From contig JAYWIR010000037.1 of assembly GCA_036172245.1 (NCBI GenBank), forward strand, positions 248,001-312,000: a stretch of DNA of 64,000 nucleotides, read 5' to 3'. Positions within the stretch are counted from its first letter, which is position 1, and every line of letters starts with the position of its first letter. The position numbers and the translations under genes are program-made. The notes under the pieces were generated by a model. That model did no database searches. It was not told where the DNA came from and saw only the letters and a list, made by a program, of their open reading frames with translations. Of this stretch, positions 38,901 to 51,592 are shown one piece after another. This DNA comes from Raillietiella orientalis (lineage: Eukaryota).

Positions 38901-39821
38901 CCAGCAGATCTTCTGAATCGTACTCCTAGATGAACACCAAGATGACGTTAGCATGAATTAACTAAACCAATTGTAAATATTTAGTTGGTAAACAGATTCA
39001 AAATACGAAGAGATGTTCCAGGATGTTTAAGGAATGCAAAGAAAAAAGCACAGTGACATTCGTATGACTTGGCTGTGGCAATAATCTTGGTCCGCCCAAC
39101 GAACAATAACCTACAGTCGCTGTTTTTCATTTTCGAATCACTGCTTAGCTTTAAAATTTTAATCGTCTTACTGTAGGTGGTATGCATTAAAGATCCAGGA
39201 AAACTTATAGTAACCAGAATAAGTCCGTATCTTTCATTCATTAGAAAAAAAAAATTGAATAATCTATCAAGTGCAAATATAGTATATGAATGTTGGATGT
39301 AATTTTTCATTAAGGAGGCACCTCAGTATACATTTTTCGATTAGAAATATCAAATTCATTGGATACCAGATAGGGATGTCGGATCTTCTGTATTATCATT
39401 GCATGAGGAGTGAAGCGATGTGCCTGTTGAGCCCAAGAGTTCTGAAAGCCAAAATATGTAGAACATGGGAAATTGTTTATTGTAAAATATTTAAAAGTTC
39501 TCGTGTGCAAATTTAAGCTGCCACTTAATTTTTTGGATGTGAAAGAAACTCTTGGTGAAGTACGGTATCACATAAGAGGTGTTAATAAGGAAAATGGTAT
39601 TAATGATGACTGGACTTGGTGGAAAAATCAAATGGAAAGAACTCTCCTTTAATCCCTGAGATACACTTAGTCTAGCACTCACCAATATCATGCGATGCTT
39701 TTTTTTTTTACTCTAGTTACTGTGCTTGGAACCATATGTGCTTCTTCAATGATGGATCTTTTCATGGAAAAAAGTTAGCGAGTCTCCACGTTATATGTTC
39801 GGGAGTTTTCATGACAGCCAT

Positions 39822-39865
39822 AAGTTTATGCCTTTTCGAAACGCCAAGTTTATGCCTTTTTGAAA
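39822..39865 (+). repeat. Short direct duplication
   Basis: AAGTTTATGCCTTTTCGAAA at 39822 and AAGTTTATGCCTTTTTGAAA at 39846 (19/20 identical). Confidence 0.8.
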
Positions 39866-40540
39866 GCTCATTTCAAGAGTATGAATAATTTCTACTTAAC
39901 ATTAATTTTGCTACAATGTCAAAGTAAATTTCTATGCTCCTTAAGCAGTATTCCATTACTAATATTCCTATTGACTGTTATAGATGTCCAGAAATAAGGT
40001 GAGATGGAAACACAATTGTGATAGGCGCCTTTGCTGTTATGTAACTCGATTTTAACTCGATCGTCCTTGGCGTATCTCCTGAATCTTAGCCATATGTTTT
40101 AGAATCTGCATGTCACAGACAATTTTTGCATTTGGATCCATACTTTTGTGAGCTCTTGGAAAGAAAGGGATTCACGATTTTTTTTGTTCTGTATTATTTG
40201 TTAAGTGTGAGTTGACAAAGCCGATGCCCACAGCAGAGCTGCGAAAACACGAATCTCGAACACGAAAAGTTGCAGGCAGACACGGGTTGGTGTTCGAGCA
40301 CGTGCGTGCACCTCATCAAGGGCTGCCAGGCAGTATCACCTTCGCGTGATGGGAAACGGTAAGAACTTGAAATTGTGTGCTTCCTCCGGGTGAAATTGAA
40401 GGGTAATACGTTCTTGAAGGGGAAGTGTATCTTTTGGAAAAGTGTGCTCCAGTCAACTGAAAGTTCTTTTCTGATCCTAGGTGTTCGTAACAGTTACTCA
40501 ACGAAGTGCCTCCTCGGAAGTTAAATTATTTTTCCAATCA

Positions 40541-43500
40541 ATGGAAACCAGTAAAACAAGTAAAAAATGTGCACATAAAACCTTGCGAACAGGAGCAGCT
40601 GCCTCCCAAAGATCGAAAAAGTCTAGATCGAAGAAGAAATCAAAAGTCTACTTACCCGGAAGAGCTATTAAGAAGAACGAAGAACTTGTATTTGACGAAT
40701 CTGCTTATGGTCTATATCAGGAAATTGATGCTGGTGAAGAATTGATGCTTTTCACATTGATTTTGGCGATTTTGAGAAGGTGCTCCATTTCAGAGAAAGC
40801 ATTTTCTCCGAATTGCTCATTTGTAAAGTCCACTTAAAGTCATAAATAACGATAATTTCCAGTGCAACCGGATAATTTTAAGTAATAAAGTATTTCAAAC
40901 CGAAAGTAATGCATATATGCATACCTAGTAAACTTATCTTTTGGGTTTTTGATTTTTCATATCGTTGCTGATGTTCTGCATAATTTTATTTGTGTTAAGA
41001 CGTCATGAAAAGCATGTATATTGTTGATAAGATTACAATATCCAGTTTCATGATTGCATTGAAACCACATCCTGAATTGTTTTCATTGTTGTTCAGTCAA
41101 ATGATAGAAGAAGAAACTAGTTGAAATGTTGAACATAAAGAATACCGTCAGATGCAAATCTCATTGCATATGTACTGTGTTTGTGTGTTGATTTTTGCTT
41201 TTAATTCATTGTCTCTGCTTTTTGTATTTGGTCATCTGTTATTGATTTTTTTTTCAGTTGATTTATTACCAATTGAAAAAAAGTCTGGAAATGATTAATA
41301 AAAAACATGCCATTCTAAATGTCATTCGCTTATGTTTCATATTTTCATACCATGCACTTGATGTACATATCCTTTTTATGTCAAACATGCGTTAGTGAAC
41401 TCTTTAGGGTAAAGGATTTGTGTAACAATTGAAATCAGATGCTTGAAATACAGTACTGTGAAATCTTTTGTATGATCTCAGTGTGACAGAAATGCAAGGA
41501 ATGGTTTTTGCTCTGATGTGCTATGAGCAGAGCATAGACCAAAGAAAAGATTTCTGTTTAAGATGAAATTGTTTAACTGATTTCTGATTTACTTGTTTAT
41601 AAAAAAATTGACCTTGGACTTGGGGATTTTGAAACAATTGAGAAGTTGTACATCTTTAATCAATGAAAGATATATTAAAGATTCCCTGTCATCATGAAAA
41701 TCACTACTTTAGGTACCCCATGTCTCAGCATTGATGTTTTACCAGATGAGCTTCCAGTTCACCCTTATGACATTTATGTTGTTGCTGGGTCACAAGCACT
41801 GGATTCCTATCCAAATAGCATACTGATGTTAAAGGTATGAAGTTTTACTAATTGCTGCTCTTAATTTAGGTATGTTTGGATAAATTTGCAGTCAAACCTT
41901 ACTTCAAATTCTAAGGGATTTTTTTGTGGTATTATAATTCAATAGGCTTCTGAGCTTGCAAATTGCTAATTTAATTTTTACGAATTCATTTTTAAATTTT
42001 TTATGTGTTTAAAATGTTCTGGAATGACAGTGTGTAACCCAATCAGCTTTCTTAAAGTATGTTTCCTCCATTGTCCAAAGAAATGCCTCTGGTCATGGTG
42101 GATCTACTGAGATTATCAGTGTTCCTAACATTGTAAGTGTTGCTTATAGAGTTGAGGATGTTTTGTACTCTTCATCAGAAAGTGCTATCCTATCTGTATC
42201 CATGGATCCACAAGATCTACAAAACAATTATGGTTAGCTAAAGTGGAGGTTTTATGTATGTTTTTCCTAGGAATGAAGTTTGTCATATGGATCTGGATTT
42301 GTAGTTGCTTTTATTTAGAATAAATCTATCTTATCTGCAGTTTTGAAAATTAGTTCTTAAAATCCCTATCACTTTCATCTCTCAGTTTCTTTTTTTAATT
42401 TTTCACTATTTGGTAAAAGATTGATGTAAAGATTCCAAGAACTGATGGGAACGATCTTTGGATGATGCATCTCTTTATGGTTAAGCTTCTTTATGATGTG
42501 AGCATCTCCAAAACGCTGGTGTGAAAGTAAGGGATCATTTTTTCCTTCTCCTAAGTACTATATCTGCTGAGTTTTGCTTTCTGCTTTTTGTTTTTGATAA
42601 TTTCGGTATTTGTAAGTTCATGTCTTTATCAAAGAAATCCATCATTAGTGATACATAAATTTGGGAAGAAGGAGCTTGAATTAATTGGTATCTGATACAT
42701 TTTTGGAATAATGGTTTTGAATTGAACTTTTCATTTATAGTGAAGCTAGCGCCTTAGTCTTGAAAAAATTATGATGTGTAAAAGGTTCACTCAATCTAAT
42801 TAATGGTATATTAGTGTATTGTGATTAATTTATATTAGTTTGATGAATAGTATGTAGCACTAGAGAGGTGTTCCGATTTGATAAATGCAGCATTCTTCTC
42901 AGGTCATCAAAGTTCCAATTTTCCCTCAGTTTTTGGCAATTTTTTTTTCATTGTTTTCATGATTTCTGACCATTACATATTTCTAATTCTATAATTACTT
43001 TACATGTATTCATATTAGTTTGTCAAACCAACATTTTTGGAAATGATTATATAATGGAACTTGAGTTTATTTTTCAAAAAATTGTCTGAAGTATGTATTT
43101 CTTTGTATTTTGAAGAGCATACAAATCCAAGATTTTATTACAAGTAAATCAAGAGTAATTTCATCAAGTGGCTCCACAAAGGGAAAATATGCCTACAGTG
43201 GACTAGTTCTTTTCAAGAATAAGCAATATTTGAATTTTAATGCTAGTATACATCATGTACTCTCATTGTGATATACACATGATAAGGTTATATATATATA
43301 ATTAAGAGTGCAACTCTAAGCATTTGTAAGTTTTTTATCAGAGTATCAGTGCACTATGCCAATTGAAATGTTAGGACATTTCATTAGTTACTAGTGGATT
43401 TAAACATGGTATACATAGCAAAATGCGATTCCACCAATTGCTTTAAGGAATTTTATCTGAATATTTGAAAGCATTAGATATGTTGCACATTGTTTCAGAT

Positions 43501-46500
43501 TGTTTTAGAAAGAATTCTACAGAACTCACATTTGGAAAAAACTTTTGGTTTCATTTGGTCTTGTTTTTTTAATGAAAAACATTGTATTATTGTTCCTTAG
43601 CAATTCAAGTCGTAGCACTTTGTACTGTATTTCCGAAAAAATTGTAAAATACTAGATCAATGATTTTCACTTGATGAAGTTGTATGCTTTTTTTTTCTTT
43701 ATGTACTTTTCTCTAATTAAAATAAGTTTCTTTATACTTTTAGTAAATTAGATTTATGGATTGGGGAAGAACACGGGCATCATTATTGACTTTGTCTTCA
43801 AACAAATGATACATACTCCATTATGAGCTTTTTTTCATTTTTGATGTCAAGGAGCTATTTGTGATTGGTTGCAATTACTTTTCCCTGTTTTATTTTTAAT
43901 TCTTCATAAGTTTTGCACAATGTAAAGGCAAAACTTGTTATATTTTCTGAAACTTCGATTTTTAAAAATTTACAGACTATATGCTTAAATCCACAGATTT
44001 TAAACTGTACCTGCAAGCAGCTTTTGAAATGAGAATTTTTTCTACACTTAGCTTTCATAAAGAATTGAATTTTGTAAGAGAAATATTAAATAATAAAATG
44101 AATTTTAATAACATTTTGATGTCAGCACGTTTTGTTTCGATTTATCTTTCAGCATGTGAATCCAGTTTGTGCTAATAATCAGTCATGAGGGCAAATTTTA
44201 TTTTTCCAGCCTGTTTTCTACAAAATTGCTATTACAGCTTAATGTCTATGTGAAATTATGATTGATTCCAGAATTGAATTACTGTTTCTTTTTCAAGATA
44301 TCAAACCTACAAAATATTCGCCACAAGAGCCATGAACTACAGGATGATGAATCCGATATCAATGATTCTGATGAAGAACATGATGTGCAGCTTCAGATTG
44401 CCTCAATTTTTCATAAAGGGTGTGTCAATCGCATTAAAGTATGTTTGTTTTTTGTTTTTGCTTTTCTTTTTTCCTCCTCCATTTAAAGGTTGCTATTGCC
44501 TATTTATTTCTTGTTTTCGGTGCACTCATTCAGTCCATAGGGTTTCAAGCTAATCATCATTTTTTCTTGAAACCTAGGCTACTAGAATAAATGAAGTACC
44601 TGTTGTAGCTACCTGGTCAGAATTAGGCTGTGTAAACATATGGAATATGGAAAGACCATTAGATGCTGTTAAGGATAATGCAGTTATGTCGAATTACAAA
44701 AAAAATAATGAAAATCAAGCAGTTCCTCTAGCAAGTTTTCGACATCAAACTGAAGGATATGCTTTAGACTGGTCTGTTCCTATGTCAGGTAAAAATGACT
44801 TATTTTATGCTCATCAATGCATTTTAAAGAATCTTCCCCAAAAGTTTTTTCGTTTGACATATATGTGCACAAGTTTTCTTTGTGTTTGAGAAAAAAACTA
44901 ATTCCGAACCTTCAAAGAATCAACTGTGTGTTGTTTGTGATCTGTACAAGCTTTTTCGACTTATATTAAATGTCCTGGATTCTATGCACGGAGAACTATC
45001 TAATATTTCAAACTCCATATCCCAAGCTGAAAATGTCTTGCAAATCTTTTCACCCTGGTGCACAAAATTCAATAAAAGACTCTGAATGCTGGAATTAATG
45101 TCTCATAATAATTGAGCAAGAAGCAATCTGTACGTACCACAGATTGAGGAGATTTCCTTATGGATGTTGCTGTGCTCAGCGTTTTAAAAAATTTGTGCAG
45201 CAAATTATAGATATTCATTGGGTACATCATGTACTGGGGATTCATAATCAATCATTCAGATCATTTTTCATATTTTATATTGTTACTTTGTCGTACATCA
45301 AGCTCAGTATGTATTGAAATCATGAATTTGTAAATTATGTAGTTTATAAGAAGCAATTTTCAAGTTGAAATGCATTTTAAAATTTTTCTTGAGTTGCGTA
45401 TGCTGATGTGATTGTTCAGAAATACTATTCAAAGTCATTTGCATGTGAAATTTGTTTTGTTGAAGCTATCCTAGTTGAAGTTGTATGCACATACTAATTC
45501 ATTAAGCATTTCATAGAATTATATCTTCATTTTATCTTTGTGTCAATATTTAAAATATTTTGTATATCAATAAAGAAGCTTTAGCCACAAAGCTGAGGCA
45601 GCTACATGTCTCTTGATCTGTTATAAATGCCAAACTAGTCCACAGGTGGAAAGTATTTTGTTGTATGTATGTGTGTGTTTTAATTCTTTTAGTTTTCTCA
45701 CCTAAAAATTTAGGATTGCACAAGCAGGAGGTAAATGATAGATCAGTGAAGTATAGTAAAGTGCATTAAGGTGTTTATTTTTATTAATCATTTCAAATAA
45801 GAAACCATAAGTAATAATTTGTGGATACATTGTTTAAGTAGCTGCTCATTTTTAATGCTTCACATGCAGGCCAAGACAGTTCTTGATTGTCTGCAGTAAA
45901 ACCTATAATGATATTGTTGATCAGGTGATAAAATAGTAGCAATAGCATTATGAATTACAAAGTCCAAGATCTGAAGATGTTACTACACCCAAAAGTGGAA
46001 TCCGATATAAGTATCTATTTGCAGGAAGGAATTGTATCACTTTATCATAAAAATATCAATACCATCATGTGGCTGAGCCTGCTGAATTTCTGACAAGCTT
46101 TGAATGAAGAAAAATCCAAAAAACAAAGTGTGTTGCAAAACTGCTTGAAGAAAATGTAAGAATTTCCGTTACCCTATAGTTCGAAATATTGGACCAAGAA
46201 AAAGGATTATGTAGTCAAAAGAGAATTTGCCCTAGAAACACAAATGATTTATTTTACATGAGAAATTTGCTTTGTCGATATCAAAAATGCAGTTAAAACC
46301 CTATGGCAATACAGTGCAGTCTCTATATTGCCATAAAATTTTGTTGATTGGTTCATTTGTTTTGGAATTTTTCAGTGAACATTGATTGCGATTTAGAAGT
46401 TGCACTCATGACTAGAGAAAATGATTTTGAAGAGTTGATTGGTTTTATCTTCCAGTCTCCTTGGACTTTCAACATCACTGAATATCTGATTTGATCAATG

Positions 46501-49500
46501 AAGTGCTTAGTGACAATAAACACCATGCAAGTATTCCAAACAAACTGGAAATGGTGTTCAAATTCGTTAAGAGAACTAAATGGACTCTAAAGATAAATGT
46601 TTAGCACATATTATATTATTCTAAAGATAATATATGTTGAAAGTGGAAGTAATGTTTTTGCATCACCAACATGCAAATACCTTGTGAAATATGGTGTTCG
46701 ACTCCCTAAAATGTGTGAAACTGATTTTGGACGTTCCGATAAAACTCAAGTGATAGGAAAAATTCAATTCAAACACAAGTCGAACCGGATTTATGATTTT
46801 CATATTTGGGTTACATTTCTTATTTTTGCCATAAACAACAAGAAAGATCTAAACAAGTTTTTGTGTAAGTGTGGCTGTTGAATGGTGTTTGAATCTGAAT
46901 GAATCTGAAGTTATTTCAAATGTATGAAGCATGTTTGTTCTTTATTAGTAACTGTAATGAACGTATTGCAACAATGTTGTGATTATTATTTGTTCAACAT
47001 TGTCACTCATTTAGAGCTGCATTGATTTATTTCATATTGATCAGAGCATATCGATCTTTAGGCTGTTTGTTGGATACTTGATTAAGTAATATTAAGAAAT
47101 ATAATGCTGTAATTAAGAGAACTTGCATCCCACAAATACAAGTGTGTTGGACACAAGTTTTCTTAATTAGAAAACCATTTCATTTGCATGCATATTCTTA
47201 ATCTTGATCTATGAAACATTTATAAGATAACCTTTATAACACTTAACTTACTTAACCTTACATTTAGGTCACTTGGCAAGTGGTGATAATAAAAGTTATA
47301 TACATCTGTGGAGACCCCATGAAGCTGGGAAGTGGATTGTAGATCAGCGTCCATTTGTTTCTCATACAGGCTCGGTTGAAGATATTAAGTGGTCTCCCAA
47401 AGAACCTCATATTTTTGCTTCGTGCTCTTCTGATAAGAGGTGAAATTTATTTTATAAAGAATTTTTTTTTCTAAACAACCTAGCATCCGAATTTGGGATG
47501 ATCGTGCACCTGCAAATAAAGCCTGCATGCTTTGTGTTGAGAATGCCCATGATGCAGATGTTAATGTCATTAGTTGGAATCAGAATGAGCCATTCATTGT
47601 TTCTGGTGGAGATGATGGACAGATTCTAGTCTGGGATTTGCGAGATTTTTCTGTAAGTACAATCAATAAAAAAGGAATAAAATATCGGTTCATGTACTAG
47701 TTTATTTTTGTTCTTGATTGAATTGCCTACTGTTCATCATTGTATTTCAGCTTCAGTTTGTAATTTTAATGTAAAACATTTATAGTTTGCTAATCGTAAC
47801 ATTGAAATATACAAAACATTATAGAAATGCACATGGATCTGTCAATCTTTTACATAACCAATGTAAAAGATTGTATTACATTGGTTATGTAAAAGATTTC
47901 ACCAACCAACACTTATTCCTCCATTGAATTCTTATATGAGTTTGAGTAAGCAAATATATTCTGATATTGTTGAATAGTATTGTCTCTTTGAGTCTTGGGT
48001 CATGATTCAGTCTTTGTTGAAAATCGGATACAAAACAAAAAATCAAGAAAACTAACAGTACTAAAACTAAAACTAAAACAGTACTAAAAGGTAAAATATC
48101 CGCTTTCCTCAATTAATCAGAAAGCATGATCAATTTTTTTTTTAAGTTAGCCTAATTATAAAGGAACATACAAAAGAAAAAATGATTGAAATTTGAAACC
48201 AACAGTGCACAAAGAAATGCTTGCTGAAATTATTTATCACTATGTAATAAGGTCAACAAATATGATATGAAACCTAGGAATTTTCGATGATTGAATATTT
48301 GGATCCCTTTTGGGATGTGTCTTAGGTGAGAGACTACATTTCATTTCATTAATTCTACTAAGGCCCCATGGATATATATTTTTTTAATTTCTCATGGCAA
48401 TATAAGTTAATTGTTTATTTTGACCCCTACACTAGTAGCATGTCATCGGTGATTTCTTCGTTTTTATAGATTGCAGACTGGAACTTTCGAAAGTGCGATT
48501 TTTTTTATTTAAGAAGCCTTTCAGATTAAAATGGTCGAGATTCTTTCGAAAGGAACATTGCTGTTCATTCAGTTTATGTATGGAGAGTATCATAGAATGA
48601 GATTTATACATGACATGATAGCTTTTTTGTCATGAAGCAATTAGATTGCTGAACTATCTAAATTAGTAAATTTAATTATTGAGTTTGTTGATACTTTAGC
48701 AACAGCCACGCATAACATATTCTGATCTACATTTATAAAGGTTTTTAGGCTATTCTGTGGTTGCAGTTTGTGCATTTGTGGTTATGTTTATATGCATTCC
48801 ATCCTTCATATCTGTTTTAGTAGGTGAAAATTGGAAAAGGCATCAATTATTAAATAATTTAATAACAGTGTGTTAAATTCTAACGTGAATATATGTTGAA
48901 AACAATTTTCGATGACTATTCGGTACTAATAAAATACATGATGATGTGATCATTTCCAAATTAGCTCTAGAAAGGGATTACCATTTTCTACGTATTGATA
49001 CTCGTGTTTCATTACTGTTTTATTATTTCTACGTTACAAGTATCTACTTTATGTTATATGTTGATATCACGATTTCAATATTGCTGAAACATAAATGCTC
49101 TTTGCGTAATCTGCATTTATGATATTTTGTCTTTATTTCAGCGAAATCGTGTTATTCTAATTTATGTAAACAAAATCCATGTTTACAAATGCTAAATACT
49201 GTTTTCTTAATCAATTATTTGTATTTTTGATGACAGGATTTATTTCGACTCATGGATTAAAGTTTTCGTATGCGTAGTTTTATAATGTTATTGGTTTAGC
49301 AGATGTTATAAATAAATTGTATGAAATTCCTTTAGGTAAACATTAGGTCAGATTTTATCATAAACACTTATTTCGTGTACTAATTACATCTTTGTAAGTG
49401 ATTTTGTTATCATGTTATGTATTTTTTTTATAAATTTTTCATTTCAGAATGGAAAACATCTTGCTTTATTCAAACATCATGCAGCTCCTGTCTGTACAAT

Positions 49501-49805
49501 AGAGTGGCATCCAAGTGATTCATCCGTTTTTGCTGCCGGAGGTGAAGATGATCAGATTTCTTTATGGGACTTAGCAGTGGAGAAAGATGAAGAAAACAGT
49601 AATTCAGCGGAAGATACTCTAGTCAGTATAGTTTTTTTTACAAACTGAATACACAGTTGGTCATCAGGATCTTCCTCCACAGTTGATGTTTATTCATCAA
49701 GGACAGAAAGAAATTAAGGAATTACACTGGCATCCCCAAATTCCGGGTCTCATTATTAGTACAGCAAGTGAATCCCTAAATGTATTCAAAACAATTAATG
49801 TTTAA
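40541..49805 (+). CDS. GRWD1: Glutamate-rich WD repeat-containing protein 1 (Rrb1 homolog; ribosome biogenesis / histone binding)
   Basis: Motifs [85 protein letters not shown] and [25 protein letters not shown]. Exons 40541-40733, 41713-41834, 44298-44438, 44578-44788, 47268-47439, 47484-47652, 49448-49621, 49668-49805 (TAA), all GT-AG and phase-consistent. Confidence 0.96.
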
Positions 49806-49914
49806 TACACTAGGTTTTTCTGTGAAAACAATGGCATGTTTTGAATTTTTTGTTCCAGATGTGGCGTATGTTATTCCAGTGAATACATTGGATTCTTAGT
49901 TATTGTTTATTAGA

Positions 49915-49920
49915 AATAAA
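49915..49920 (+). promoter_or_regulatory. Polyadenylation signal of GRWD1
   Basis: AATAAA 110 nt downstream of the GRWD1 stop codon. Confidence 0.55.
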
Positions 49921-51592
49921 ATAAAAAATCGAAAATGCCAATGAAACCAAATTTGTGTGCATGAAAATATGAAATTATGTTTTTGAACTCTGAAAAATTA
50001 TCAAGCAGAACAAACCATAATTTTTGGTTAATTTCTTTTATAATCTGCTATCAAATCAGTATATTATGTCATTATTAAATAGAATTGAATTCAGAAAATG
50101 TCACTATTCAAATATATAATCAAATCTGGAACTGAGATGAAACTATGAGCTAAAACTATATGAATGCCTTGAGTTTAGGCTTTTGGGCCTTTTCAGTGAA
50201 GCAGATTTGTGTTATATTTTCATTCAAAATAGACCATCATAATCCACATGATAAAGTTTGAATTTATACTTAAAAGTGAAATGGAGTTTTATGAGTGACT
50301 CGAGTGTAAAAATTTGGATGGATGACTTGTGAATTGCATTATCACTAAAGCATTCATAATTATTGATTTTCTATGTTGATCATACTGAATTGATGGACAG
50401 GTACAGTCATATGGTCCAGATGATCTGGACAATGCTCTCACCCCAGAAGAGAACACCGAGGAACTGTGAGAAACACGGAGAAAAGATTATTCGCGAAAGA
50501 TTTTCCAGAACCATTCCAGCAATGGTGATTGTAATAACCCAAATGCTCAATAAAGTTGATCAATTCCGTGTTGAAGGAGATGTGATCACACAGAAATTGA
50601 AGTTTAGTTGTATTCATATAAAAACATTTTTTTGTTGAGATTTGTGACTTTGAAATTCCCTAGAAAGTTTTACCCATGAATAATTAATTCTTCCACTTGC
50701 CCAATGATCAGTAGTGATTGGTTAAATGTTTAGAAATGCATCATGAAGGATAATTTAAGAGAAGTTGCATTTAGTTTCATGGGAAATCCATTCACTTTGG
50801 TAGTTAAGACAGGATGTAGGATAAATCATAAGAGGATGAATAGACAGTTTATGGTTAATGAAGGAATACTGAATAGTTAGGAATGTGGACTTTTTTAAAG
50901 TAGTATTGGAATTTGTCACTTAATATTTCTAATTGGATGCTGAATGATTAATTATATCTCTGCTCCAAGACCCAAATGAAGATAATTTATGAATGAGCAC
51001 TTTTATATTTGTGTAACTTTTAATTTTATTTTAGATTTTTCTTATGAAAAAATTATTATCATGGGGTGAAGATTTTAAAACCATTTAATACAGTCAAAAA
51101 AAATGGATGGAATAAACTGCAAAAAAGAATGCATTCATTTATGTATCAATATATTGTTGGAAAAATTTATTTAAAAAAAAGTCTCCAATGAAACCGTTTT
51201 TTTGTTCAAATTAAGTGAATTAGCATCCCAGAAGGAATGTATCAAAGTAGTGGAGATTATTACTTCATTAGTGTTTTTCTCGCTAATGACTCCGATAACT
51301 TTCTTTTTGATGTTTGCGATTTGATTGCATGTGGTATCAACTAAATGCATGCTATGTGGTTTTATGTACCATTATTGAACTTGTTTTTAACTTTCAGGTG
51401 AACTCATTATCATCCATATTGTATGACCATTGTTGCTTCTTTGGTGTAATTTAATTTTAAATCAAATAATGCAATTAGTTTCAATGAAATAACTTCAGAC
51501 CTTAAAATGAGCATGAAGTTATGTGGTTTAATTTTCTGTTCTTTGACCTCCAAGTTGTGAATGCTGATGGTTCTGTGTAGTTATTTCTGGCA

